Source of the DNA: Patescibacteria group bacterium
GTDB lineage: Bacteria; Patescibacteriota; Patescibacteriia; UBA1558; GWA2-36-10
NCBI GenBank assembly: GCA_018819405.1
Contig: JAHJQF010000001.1
Location: 226,097-290,096 of the forward strand
Direction: 5' to 3'
DNA: 64,000 bases
The translations under genes and the position numbers were made by a program. Under the pieces are notes generated by a model, which did not search any database, had not been told where the DNA came from, and worked only from the letters and a program-made list of their open reading frames with translations. Positions 54,915 to 63,955 of the stretch are shown here, piece after piece. Within the stretch, counting starts at the first letter, position 1, and each line of letters begins with the position of its first letter.

Positions 54915-55800
54915 AGTTAATAGGTCAGTATATGCGAAGTCGTGATTGAGCGAATATGATATAACAGTGAGTTTGTTGCACCGGCATATTTGAGAAAGAA
55001 CGTTTTGCCTTAGCGGACGTGAAAAATAAAATTATTGTTCAGTAGGAGGACAATAGTGATATTGATTTGCTTCGCACTTGTAAGTCCCATCAGCATAACC
55101 AACTAATAAACTATCTAGATTGGATCCATTCCATTTGTGACCATCAAATGTTCGAGTATTTTTTTTAATGCAAGCAAATCCTTTTAGGCATATTGGGTCG
55201 TCTTTTAAAAATTCGCCAGCCTGACAAATTCCTCCTTTTTTAGCATAATCAATAGAAAGATTTATGCATCCTTGTAAGTCACCAGTTTTTTCATTTACTG
55301 TGTTTGCGCAACGGTCTATATAATATGTCATGTCGGCGCATTCTTTATAAGAGTTGGCATTTTTAGATAACTCGTATTCTTGTTTTTTTAATCTATTTAT
55401 TGAAATTTCACTTCTAACGTCTATTAATACGTATAATGCAAAATTAAATAAAATTAATTCAGCAATAATTGCCATTATCGAAATAATAAAGAACCCTTTT
55501 TTATCTTTACTTTTTCCGCCTTTTATTATAATCATTAATATAGTTATAAATATTGGGAAAATAATAAATAGCCAAAGAGGTATCACAAAAGCATCAAATC
55601 CTTCGAGTACACCTTCCTTTAATCCAATATATAGTAGATATATGGTAAGAATATAGAAGGCGACACCTAGTGATGAATAAATAATAAGAATTGTCCTAAA
55701 CATTTTTTTATTAATTTTTTGGTTATTAATTTTCATGACTTTATGTTTGTTAAAAATAATTTTGTTCTTAGATCACGAACCGCATATGGGGTGTTGCTCG
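54915..55800 (-). mobile_element. Split attC-like site (degenerate) enclosing one gene
   Basis: Arm 54915-55018 ending GCGGAC; arm ~55771-55796 (GAACCGCATAT..GGTGTTG), core disrupted by a nested palindrome. Confidence 0.6.
55032..55736 (-). CDS. Membrane protein with Cys-rich C-terminus
   Basis: Three TM segments; lies inside split attC. Confidence 0.65.
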   Translation of the reverse strand: MKINNQKINKKMFRTILIIYSSLGVAFYILTIYLLYIGLKEGVLEGFDAFVIPLWLFIIFPIFITILMIIIKGGKSKDKKGFFIISIMAIIAELILFNFALYVLIDVRSEISINRLKKQEYELSKNANSYKECADMTYYIDRCANTVNEKTGDLQGCINLSIDYAKKGGICQAGEFLKDDPICLKGFACIKKNTRTFDGHKWNGSNLDSLLVGYADGTYKCEANQYHYCPPTEQ

Positions 55801-55963
55801 CCTGCCAAAGCCCCGTCTGCCATGACTGGCATGTCGGGCAGGTACACTTGGCGTAGCGGACGAGTGCTATGTATCGTTCACTTTAACAAATATTTTTAGG
55901 AATAGGGGATTGTCTCGTAAGATCAATCCCCGAAAGAGGCTGGTTTTAGTTGTGTTGGGCTCG

Positions 55964-56134
55964 TTATTTAGAGCCTTCTTTTGCCTGGCGAAGCATAGTA
56001 TCAGCCGTCATTCGAAGTGCGTGTCTGTAATCTTCGATGTAGGTGGGTAGGAATCTAGTGTGGTGTTCACCGGGCTTTGTTGGTCTTGATATAGACTTAC
56101 CTTTCAATAGTTCTCTTGCGTCGATGCATCTCAT
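55964..56134 (-). CDS. Small protein, 56 aa (GC-rich)
   Basis: AAAGGAGGTG SD; MRCIDARELLKGKS...; below ORF-track cutoff. Confidence 0.55.
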   Translation of the reverse strand: MRCIDARELLKGKSISRPTKPGEHHTRFLPTYIEDYRHALRMTADTMLRQAKEGSK

Positions 56135-56337
56135 ATCCACCTCCTTTCAGCCTCCTAAAAGTATTTGTTAAAGAAACATTAATATATAATCTTAGTTATT
56201 AAATATTCTCTTGTCAATTTAGAGCGATATTTCATCTAACAGGACAGCGTATGCGAAGTCGTGATTGAGCCTATGTGGTAAGATTCGCGTAGCGACCACA
56301 TAGGTGAAAGAACGATTTGGCCGAGCGGACTGCAAAA

Positions 56338-56877
56338 TTAATAATTTTTATTACACAGAAATATATTTAAGGCAGCTACACTAATGCCGCAGTTTATTTC
56401 ACCTTTTTCAGTCATATTTTTTACTTTGGCTATTTTTATGTTTTTTATTTCAGAAATATCTTCATCACCCCCTTTAAAGTCTAGGCCTATTTTTGACTTG
56501 TCTAAGTTGGTGGCTAAAAGTACATGAACAAAAGTGTCTTCATGACCAGGAGCAATGAAAAAGCCACCTATTTTTTTTATGTTTTTTGCTTTTAGTCCTG
56601 TTTCTTCAAATAATTCTTTTTTGCCCTCTTTTAAGATATTTTTCCCTTCCATTGAGCCGGCTGGTAATTGCCACACTTTTTTATTTATTGGGTATCTGTA
56701 TTCTTTGGTAAAAAATATAGATTTGTCATCATCTAAAGCTATTATTACTACACCAGAAGATTTTTTCAAAAAACTGTATATCCCTTTTTTACCATTTGGC
56801 CTTATTACAGTATGGTCTTCTATTTTAAACCAGGGGTTTTTATAGGATATTTTTGATTTTATTTTTTTATATCTCAT
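56338..56877 (-). CDS. NUDIX hydrolase (ADP-ribose pyrophosphatase-like)
   Basis: EYRYP...WQLPAG..E.....GKKELFEETG. Confidence 0.9.
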   Translation of the reverse strand: MRYKKIKSKISYKNPWFKIEDHTVIRPNGKKGIYSFLKKSSGVVIIALDDDKSIFFTKEYRYPINKKVWQLPAGSMEGKNILKEGKKELFEETGLKAKNIKKIGGFFIAPGHEDTFVHVLLATNLDKSKIGLDFKGGDEDISEIKNIKIAKVKNMTEKGEINCGISVAALNIFLCNKNY

Positions 56878-56939
56878 ATTTTTATATAAATAGTGCTCGG
56901 TATACCATTTGTAGATGTACCGAGCACAGAATAGTTTTA

Positions 56940-57353
56940 TTACACATGTAATTCTTCATCACAATTTATGCAGCGCAATTTTTTCTTACCAGCCTTTTCA
57001 TCAACTACAGCGTAGAGATGATTACATTGTATACCTCTACGCAAGTGAAAGTGGCTGATCATTGCTCCCATCAGAGCGTAGTTAGCGATATCTAGAAAGT
57101 CTTCTACTATACTTTCATCAGCGATGGTTTCATCATCTGAAAAAAGTCTAGCTAGTTTGTCACGTATCCTTACGAATATTCCTACAACTCCATACTCTAC
57201 AAAAACACTTTTATAGGCGTTATTTTTTTCTATGAAAAGACCCAGTGCTTCTCTCAAAATGGCCTGATACCTTTTGGTCATGGGAGGATCTTCAGGCTTG
57301 GGCAATTCTTTGTCAGCGAACTTCAAGGTGTAGCTGCCTTTTTTCCTAGTCAT
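56940..57353 (-). CDS. DUF1599-like (nucleotide-modification-associated) protein
   Basis: F.EKN..Y, VRIRDK.ARL, ESI..D..DIANYA. Confidence 0.7.
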   Translation of the reverse strand: MTRKKGSYTLKFADKELPKPEDPPMTKRYQAILREALGLFIEKNNAYKSVFVEYGVVGIFVRIRDKLARLFSDDETIADESIVEDFLDIANYALMGAMISHFHLRRGIQCNHLYAVVDEKAGKKKLRCINCDEELHV

Positions 57354-57501
57354 TTTTGACTCCCCTTAGCTTGATGGTGGTAGATTATTTAAGGAACTAT
57401 TTCTAGTAAAGTTATACCATTATGCTTAGTGTATGTCAATTTTTCAGTCCGCGAATCAGATACGCGGTGTTGGGCGATGTAAAAATAAATTCCTTTTTTA
57501 T

Positions 57502-57840
57502 TTAATTTGTTGCAATTCCAAAGTATAAAAATTTTACATCCAAATCAAATGGATTAGTTTGAAAATGTTTTTCATTTGGTTCAATTGTAATGCAGTCGCC
57601 CTCACTTACTTCTGTTTCATTATTATTGATATTAAAGATAGCCTTACCTGATATAATAAAAAATACCTCATACATTGTATCATGCGCATGACTTTGAGAA
57701 GATTGGCCTGGTTTTAAAATAGCCTTGCTAAATGTCATTAGTTGTGGAATTTCTCCTTTGGCTATTAAAATTTTCTTTTTTATTTCTGGATTATGGGAAA
57801 CACTATCTCCAGGAATATTTTTTATACTTACTATTTTCAT
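57502..57840 (-). CDS. Cupin domain protein
   Basis: H.H...YEVFFI.SG; GD.I.I.P...H. Confidence 0.9.
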   Translation of the reverse strand: MKIVSIKNIPGDSVSHNPEIKKKILIAKGEIPQLMTFSKAILKPGQSSQSHAHDTMYEVFFIISGKAIFNINNNETEVSEGDCITIEPNEKHFQTNPFDLDVKFLYFGIATN

Positions 57841-57864
57841 AATATAGGAATTTATTTTTATTTC

Positions 57865-57986
57865 ATCTAACGTTCATGACTATGCGACGTTTGCCAGTGG
57901 TAAAATGCGCTGAAAGCGTACCACTGGCAAATGTGGGAGAATGACTGAGCGAAGCGAAGGAATGAACCGCGTAGTCATTGTTAGGC
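57865..57986 (-). mobile_element. Intact attC-like site (122 bp)
   Basis: Minus strand GCCTAAC ... GTTAGAT; ATGACTATGCG/CGCGTAGTCAT stem. Confidence 0.85.
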
Positions 57987-58003
57987 GATGTTACTTAAAA
58001 ATT

Positions 58004-58738
58004 TTACTTTATGCACTTAATAAGTAATCTTGCTTTAAAGAATTTTCCAATTATTGGTAAATAACTTATAAAATGAAAAACAGATAAGAGTTTTATATAA
58101 TGGGGCAAATAATAGATTACTATATTTTTGAATCCAACTTTCTCCAATAAATTGATATGTTTTTTTACATTTCTTATCCCAATATGTCCTACCGACTGTT
58201 TTAGAATTCCATTTTTTTTGCATAACTCAAGAAAATAATCCCCATTTGGAGTATGGAGATAGAGCTTCCCGTTTGGCTTTAATGTATTTCGAATGGCTGT
58301 AAAAATAGAAATGAAATCATCGTCATAAACATGTTCACTGAAGTCCATAGAAAAAGCTTGATCGAATTCATTATCGTGTTCTTCTGAAAATTTGATTATA
58401 TCATTACAGTTGAACCGAGTATTTCTAATATTAAGTGCTTTATGTCTTCTTTTTGCAAGATTTATGAATTGTTCTGAAAAATCTACACCAGTATAGGATT
58501 TTACTCTATTGTGAATCAGCTCACCCCAAAGACCATTTCCGCAACCGTATTCGACAACACGAAAATCTGAATTGAATTTAATGGGCTTTAGTAAATTTTC
58601 AAGTCGCTTTTTTTGTCGAAGATAAGTTTTAAAATAGGGATTATTTTCTTCTCCACTATTAATTAACTCCATCCATTTATGGGGTGCATCTAGCTGGTAA
58701 ATATCTTTTAATTGTTTTTTTGATAATTTGTTTTTCAT
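58004..58738 (-). CDS. Class I SAM-dependent methyltransferase
   Basis: VVEYGCGNG, GVDFS, FD....DFSEHV, LKPNG. Confidence 0.9.
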   Translation of the reverse strand: MKNKLSKKQLKDIYQLDAPHKWMELINSGEENNPYFKTYLRQKKRLENLLKPIKFNSDFRVVEYGCGNGLWGELIHNRVKSYTGVDFSEQFINLAKRRHKALNIRNTRFNCNDIIKFSEEHDNEFDQAFSMDFSEHVYDDDFISIFTAIRNTLKPNGKLYLHTPNGDYFLELCKKNGILKQSVGHIGIRNVKKHINLLEKVGFKNIVIYYLPHYIKLLSVFHFISYLPIIGKFFKARLLIKCIK

Positions 58739-58768
58739 TTTAATTGGTTAAAATTTTTAAGTAATTTC

Positions 58769-59457
58769 ATCTATCAGACAAGCGTATGAAAAGTCGTGAA
58801 CGAGTAGCGTGCTACAATTTCTGCGAAGCAGAGCACGCTAGGAGTCGAAGGGTTTGGGTGAGCGGACAAATAAAATTATTCTAAGACATACTCCCAGCCA
58901 GGTTGCCAAGATTTGGTATTTCTCCAATCTTCATCAATAGCTTCTTGCCAAGTTTTCCCTTTAGTTAACACCTCTAAGGCTAATTGAGGAGCTTTGTGTG
59001 CCATGATGGCTATATGTTTATTATTATAGTTTTCTTTCAAAAAGTCCAGAAAGTCTTTTATTCTATCTTCTACATTTTTTAGACTCTCGCCATTAGGAAA
59101 TGGAGTGTCTACATATTTTTTGTAATCAACATTTTTTTCATTAGATTGATTGAAATCTCCATAGTTGCATTCTCGTAATCTTTTATCTTGAGCAATTTCA
59201 TATTTACCTTCAAATCCTAAATTAGCAGAGTCTACCGCTCTTTTTAGGTCTGAACAAAACATAATATCAAATTTTTTATTGGCAACCTGGCTTCCTAAGT
59301 CTTTGGCTTGCTGTATTCCTAATGCTGACAACTCTCCTGGCGCCCAACCAGTGCTGAGATTTTTTTCATTGTCGGCTGTTGTTCCATGAACAAAATATGT
59401 TATTTTTACACTCATATAATTTTATTTAGTCCGCGAACCGCATACGTGGTGATAGGT
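58769..59457 (-). mobile_element. Split attC-like site with GAT-type cores enclosing one gene
   Basis: ATCTATC 58769 ... GCGGAC 58867 [gene] GTCCGC 59429 ... GATAGGT 59457. Confidence 0.75.
58876..59415 (-). CDS. Histidine phosphatase family protein
   Basis: FVHG.T..N, LS..G..QA, SDLKRA, LRECNYG, GESL. Confidence 0.9.
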   Translation of the reverse strand: MSVKITYFVHGTTADNEKNLSTGWAPGELSALGIQQAKDLGSQVANKKFDIMFCSDLKRAVDSANLGFEGKYEIAQDKRLRECNYGDFNQSNEKNVDYKKYVDTPFPNGESLKNVEDRIKDFLDFLKENYNNKHIAIMAHKAPQLALEVLTKGKTWQEAIDEDWRNTKSWQPGWEYVLE

Positions 59458-59578
59458 GATGTACATTTTTTCTTAAACTTTGGAGAATTTTATTTCTTAA
59501 AAGTAGAATTTGATTTTTATCAATTTTGGCGAGGGCGCAGAGGGGGTTAGGGGGTGAATGCGCCCGAGCCGAAAAAGA

Positions 59579-60871
59579 TTATTTTAATAAGTCGTCTAAT
59601 CCACAGGAAAGAAGAGCAGCTTTGTTTAGTAATATTTGTTCTTTTTGATTTAAATTATCAGCAGTCATTCGAATTACTTTAGTAGTTATGATTTCGCCTA
59701 ACATTATATGGTTGGTTTTTTTAAAATATTCTTCAATTTTTTTATAGAATAATTCTGCATATTGCATTAATTTTTCCTGTGAAGGAGGATTACTAGTCCA
59801 GCCATTGCTATTAAATTTAAATAGTTTTTTTATTTTTTCACTAGTTTCAATTAATAAATTTCCTTCGCCGAAATCAATCCAGTAATCACTAATGCGAAGT
59901 ATAATCTTAACTTGTTTATTTTCAGTGGTGTTATACTGATACATAAAAGAGAATATATCTGTATGAAAATCTTGGTATACATTTATTTTTTCGAGAGTAG
60001 TTACCGTGTAGATTTTATATTCTTCTAGTGATCGTAAATAGCTAGTTCGCCAATTAGCAAGCCAATTGTTTATGAATGTTTGATCTATAAATAGAGGTGT
60101 TAAATCTTGTTTCAAGTTATCGTCAGTTTTTTCATTATTTAATATCTTGATAGTTATTTTATTAAAGAGTTCTTTAGGATCAGCAAACTTAATATCTTTC
60201 GCTGCCAGATAGTCTAAATCTGGTATAATTTTTTTTGACATGTACCATAGTAAATCATAAATATCACGTCCTTTTTCTTCATATATACTTTTGTCAACTC
60301 CACGTTGCCCACGTAAAAAAATAGCGGCAATTTTGCTGGCCATAAGAGCCGATAGATTATATGTTTTTATGGCAAAAGAGAATTGGTCTTTATTTTTTGG
60401 TATGTTTTCGGTGACTACTGTTTTAGGAGGAACAAAATGGTTTAAATCAATTTTAATGTGTACTTGTTTAGAGGAGAAATCCAACCCTAACTCTTCACCT
60501 ATATGAAATTTTAGTGTGAGGCCTCTATTGTTAGTAACCCCAATTGTTAGAAAATCAGTGTCAATATTATAAACGTTTTTAAAATGAGCTACGATTTCTT
60601 CCTTTAATTTATCTAAGAAGTCATTTGTGATTGCATGGTCTACTTCGAAATCTAAATCGACCGACATTCTGTTTAGTTCATGACATATGCGAAGTGCAGA
60701 GCCACCATACATAATCCAATCGCTATATTTTGGGTGATGATATATAAAATTTAGTACATAAAATTGTAGCTCTTCTTTTATAGCATTACGTTGCGTCTCC
60801 GCAGTGGCGCCTCCATATGCAGATATTTCTTCTAGCTTTTTTTTAAGCGCTATAATAATTTGATTATTCAT
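59579..60871 (-). CDS. AbiEii-type nucleotidyltransferase toxin with C-terminal extension
   Basis: MYGGSALRICH.LNRMSVDLDF, ASKIAA, KGRDIYDL. Confidence 0.88.
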   Translation of the reverse strand: MNNQIIIALKKKLEEISAYGGATAETQRNAIKEELQFYVLNFIYHHPKYSDWIMYGGSALRICHELNRMSVDLDFEVDHAITNDFLDKLKEEIVAHFKNVYNIDTDFLTIGVTNNRGLTLKFHIGEELGLDFSSKQVHIKIDLNHFVPPKTVVTENIPKNKDQFSFAIKTYNLSALMASKIAAIFLRGQRGVDKSIYEEKGRDIYDLLWYMSKKIIPDLDYLAAKDIKFADPKELFNKITIKILNNEKTDDNLKQDLTPLFIDQTFINNWLANWRTSYLRSLEEYKIYTVTTLEKINVYQDFHTDIFSFMYQYNTTENKQVKIILRISDYWIDFGEGNLLIETSEKIKKLFKFNSNGWTSNPPSQEKLMQYAELFYKKIEEYFKKTNHIMLGEIITTKVIRMTADNLNQKEQILLNKAALLSCGLDDLLK

Positions 60872-61499
60872 GACGTATATAATTATTTATCATTAAGTAG
60901 AATTTATTTTTTTCCTCTTCATCCATTTCATTTATGTCAATACGTAGATCATTAATTATTGAGTCAACATCTTTAATCTTTATGCCTCGGAATTGTTTAG
61001 TTTTGAAGTAAAGTAGATCAAATAGAGCTTTAGATGGAGGGGCAATAAAAAATTCAAACTTATCTTTTATTAAAGAAAAATTTGAGAATAAATCTTTTTT
61101 TAAAGATCGATATGAAAAAGTACCTATCTTAGTTTTGTAGTTTCTAGTGACCTTTGGTGTGACTGATATTGTGGTGTGTATTATTTCAGTAGAAAGATTA
61201 TAATACTGGAGTGCTGTCCACGAGCTTATATAAGATGGTTTTTTAATGATATTAGCAAGGAAGAAAGAATAGGATAGATTATTTTTATTACTATTATAAA
61301 AATGCGTTGATACATATAAGCCCCTTTTGAGAGGAATAATTTCTTTATCTTTTAAGAAGCGACTTATATATGTGTTAAGAGTGCTATCTTTTAGATTGTA
61401 GCTTTTTTCATTTTTGCCTAATTGGTAAATACGCTCTTTACTGAAATATGGTAAAGATTTTAATTCTTCAAGTAGATTGTTTTTTGATTTACGTTTCAT
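60864..61499 (-). CDS. AbiEi-type antitoxin
   Basis: IPLKRGLY, PSYIS..TAL.YY, SVT, IA.P.KALFD.LY; overlaps toxin start. Confidence 0.85.
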   Translation of the reverse strand: MKRKSKNNLLEELKSLPYFSKERIYQLGKNEKSYNLKDSTLNTYISRFLKDKEIIPLKRGLYVSTHFYNSNKNNLSYSFFLANIIKKPSYISSWTALQYYNLSTEIIHTTISVTPKVTRNYKTKIGTFSYRSLKKDLFSNFSLIKDKFEFFIAPPSKALFDLLYFKTKQFRGIKIKDVDSIINDLRIDINEMDEEEKNKFYLMINNYIRHE

Positions 61500-61667
61500 A
61501 TGTATGACATAATTGTATTATATCTGAAATACCATGTCAATAGATATATATTAATTTGTCTAATATTAGGTAAAATACCATAAACCCCCTAACTAAAATA
61601 AATAAAAATCAAATTCGTATCGTTATCAAAAAAGCTGGTCTAAAACCAGCAAGGAAAAATGTATTTC

Positions 61668-62195
61668 ATCTATCAGACGTGCGTATGCGAAGTCGTGATT
61701 GAGCAAATATGATAAAATTATTTGAAATCATATTTGCGAAAGAACGATTTGGGTGAGCGGACTAAATTATTTGCCAAGTATTATTAAATGGATGAGAGGA
61801 CGACGGGATGCCGTCCTCTCTAGATTCTTGAGGTACACGATGTCTATTTTCCGGAAGACTTAGTAGGCCGATTGGGTATTCGTGATATCTGCCAGAGGCA
61901 GAATGCGGTGCCAAGTACCACCACTGCTACCAACACAGGCAGTACTTTGATACTTTCCAGCAAGTAGGAAAGTACTTGTCCTCGCTGTTCGGCACCCATG
62001 ATTGCCAGTAGCACGATCGTCAAGACGATCAGCGTGCCAAGAAACAGCCAGAAAGGACGGCTACTTTTCTTCTCGGTTTTCACCTCGTTACCTCCTAGTT
62101 GAAGAACAGTGACTTTAGCTCACTTTTAAAGTATATTTCAAATTTATTTATAGGGCAAATAATTTAGTCCGCGAACCGCATACGCGGTGTTGTGC
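61668..62195 (-). mobile_element. Split attC-like site enclosing one gene
   Basis: ATCTATC 61668 ... perfect 19-bp IR 61757-61775/62154-62172 ... GTTGTGC 62195. Confidence 0.8.
61844..62083 (-). CDS. Small two-TM protein (GC-rich)
   Basis: AGGAGG SD, GTG start, terminator 61795-61821. Confidence 0.65.
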   Translation of the reverse strand: MKTEKKSSRPFWLFLGTLIVLTIVLLAIMGAEQRGQVLSYLLESIKVLPVLVAVVVLGTAFCLWQISRIPNRPTKSSGK

Positions 62196-62227
62196 GATCG
62201 TGTGATTTGTGTTATTTTAGTAATATT

Positions 62228-62866
62228 ATGGCTTTATTTAAAGGGAAGAAAAAATCCGAATTATCAGTAAAATCTACAAAAATTGCAGTTTTTATAGATG
62301 CAGGAAATTTATGGGAAGTCTATAAAAAAATTGGGAAAATGATTGAAGTTAATAAACTTGAATCTTTTTTCAAAGAAAAATTTTCAGGGGATATTTTCAA
62401 GATTTTTTATTATGTTGCCTATCCAGAAGACGGGACTAGACCTCAGGTGCAGATTGATAAAATTCATAAATTTTTAACATATTTGAAAAAAGGATTGGAA
62501 TTTGAAGTTATAAAAAAACCATTAAAAACAATCAACCTGAGGGATAAAAAAGGAGAGCTTATTTATGATCAAGATACCGGAGAAATAAAAACAAAAGAAA
62601 AGGGTAATCTTGATGTAGAGTTTACGATAGATGTAATTAAATATTCCACAGCATATGATATAGCGGTATTTGTTACTGGTGATTCGGATTTTTTGCCATT
62701 GATTAGTTATTTAAGAAATCTGGGTGGTAAGGCTAAAAAAGTATATATATTTTCTACAGAAGGATGCATATCAAACGAACTCAGGACTGGTGGTGATGGG
62801 TATTTTGATCTTAAAAATTGTGTAGAGATACATGGTTGTGATCTTAAGAATCAAGAGGATAGATAA
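62228..62866 (+). CDS. NYN domain ribonuclease (LabA/DUF88)
   Basis: VFIDAGN, KGNLDVE..ID, TGDSDF.PL, S.EL. Confidence 0.9.
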   Translation: MALFKGKKKSELSVKSTKIAVFIDAGNLWEVYKKIGKMIEVNKLESFFKEKFSGDIFKIFYYVAYPEDGTRPQVQIDKIHKFLTYLKKGLEFEVIKKPLKTINLRDKKGELIYDQDTGEIKTKEKGNLDVEFTIDVIKYSTAYDIAVFVTGDSDFLPLISYLRNLGGKAKKVYIFSTEGCISNELRTGGDGYFDLKNCVEIHGCDLKNQEDR

Positions 62867-62892
62867 TAAAGTAAAAAGATAATATAGATATA

Positions 62893-62924
62893 CAAAACAC
62901 CCTCGTGCAGAGCACGAGGGTGTT
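62893..62924. terminator. Bidirectional hairpin terminator
   Basis: AAACACCCTCGTGC-AGA-GCACGAGGGTGTTT. Confidence 0.8.
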
Positions 62925-63050
62925 TCTATGGTGTTTTAACCCCTTAAGTTTTATGGCTAAAACCCAAGGACATTATTAGTTTATATAATATGCCAAAATT
63001 TGTCAATACTTATGAAAAATGGCATAATTTTTAGTCACAAATCACATGTC

Positions 63051-63185
63051 GTACAACAGGCCAGCATTTGCGACGTTGCCGACGAAATAGCCGTGATAAA
63101 ATTATTATATCATCACGGATATTAGGAGGCAATGTAGGTGAAGCGACGAGGCACGAGGAGTGGAACCGCAAATGCGGTGTTGTGT
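63051..63185 (-). mobile_element. Intact attC-like site (135 bp)
   Basis: GTACAAC...GCATTTGCG/CGCAAATGC...GTTGTGT. Confidence 0.85.
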
Positions 63186-63313
63186 GATATTAAATTTTTC
63201 TTGATTTGATAGGAGCTTGTGTTGACGGAATAAGCGAAATATTATATATTATTATGAAAACCAAAAATTGAGCAATTCAGCTCATTGGTTGTTCTTACAG
63301 AAGGGAGAGCGAG

Positions 63314-63688
63314 ATGATTAAGAATTGGATGCTTTACAGTCTGTGGCTGTTATTGGCCACAACCAACGTCGTGATGATTTCCTATCACACCATTCCTTCG
63401 GCCATGATAGTGGGTCTGTGTGTCGGCGTATTACTAGCCGCAGCTATGGAAGCAGAAAGTCCCACCGAAGCTGGTGATCTTTACCTGGGTTTTGTGGTGA
63501 GCTTCATTTTTGGAGCTTTCGTTTTCCTGAACTTTCTGCTCGGCTGGAACCTGGTCGAAAAGGTGAGTGGCGAATACGCCAAAGAGTTGCACATGGGGAT
63601 ATTGATCCCCTTGAGCTATTTCAGCACCTTGTTGACGGCATCAATTAACAAGTTTTCATCTCTGCATCGTCAGGTGTCTGTCGGATGA
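63314..63688 (+). CDS. Four-TM membrane protein (GC-rich, antisense cassette)
   Basis: Own promoter (TTGACG), AAGGGAG SD, terminator ~63724-63757. Confidence 0.65.
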   Translation: MIKNWMLYSLWLLLATTNVVMISYHTIPSAMIVGLCVGVLLAAAMEAESPTEAGDLYLGFVVSFIFGAFVFLNFLLGWNLVEKVSGEYAKELHMGILIPLSYFSTLLTASINKFSSLHRQVSVG

Positions 63689-63818
63689 TCTTCCGACATA
63701 GTGAATGTACATTTCCATCGTTTGGGGACGGAGTTTCAGAAAGCTTCGTCCCTTTTCATTTTGTATAAAATAAAAAAATCTCATTGGAGATTATGTGAGT
63801 AAAGAAAAATTTAATTTC

Positions 63819-63955
63819 ATACAACAGGACAGCATTTGCGACGTTGCCGACGAAAAAGCCGTGATAAAATTATTATATCATCACGGCTATGAGGAGGCAA
63901 TGTAGGTGAAGCGACGAAAGAATAGAGGAGCGGAACCGCAAATGCGGTGTTGTGT
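63819..63955 (-). mobile_element. Intact attC-like site (137 bp)
   Basis: Near copy of 63051-63185; ATACAAC...GTTGTGT. Confidence 0.85.

Larger units (their letters stand above)
56234..57475 (-). mobile_element. Split attC-like site enclosing two genes
   Basis: ATCTAAC 56234 ... GCGGAC 56330 [genes] GTCCGC 57447 ... GTTGGGC 57475. Confidence 0.75.
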
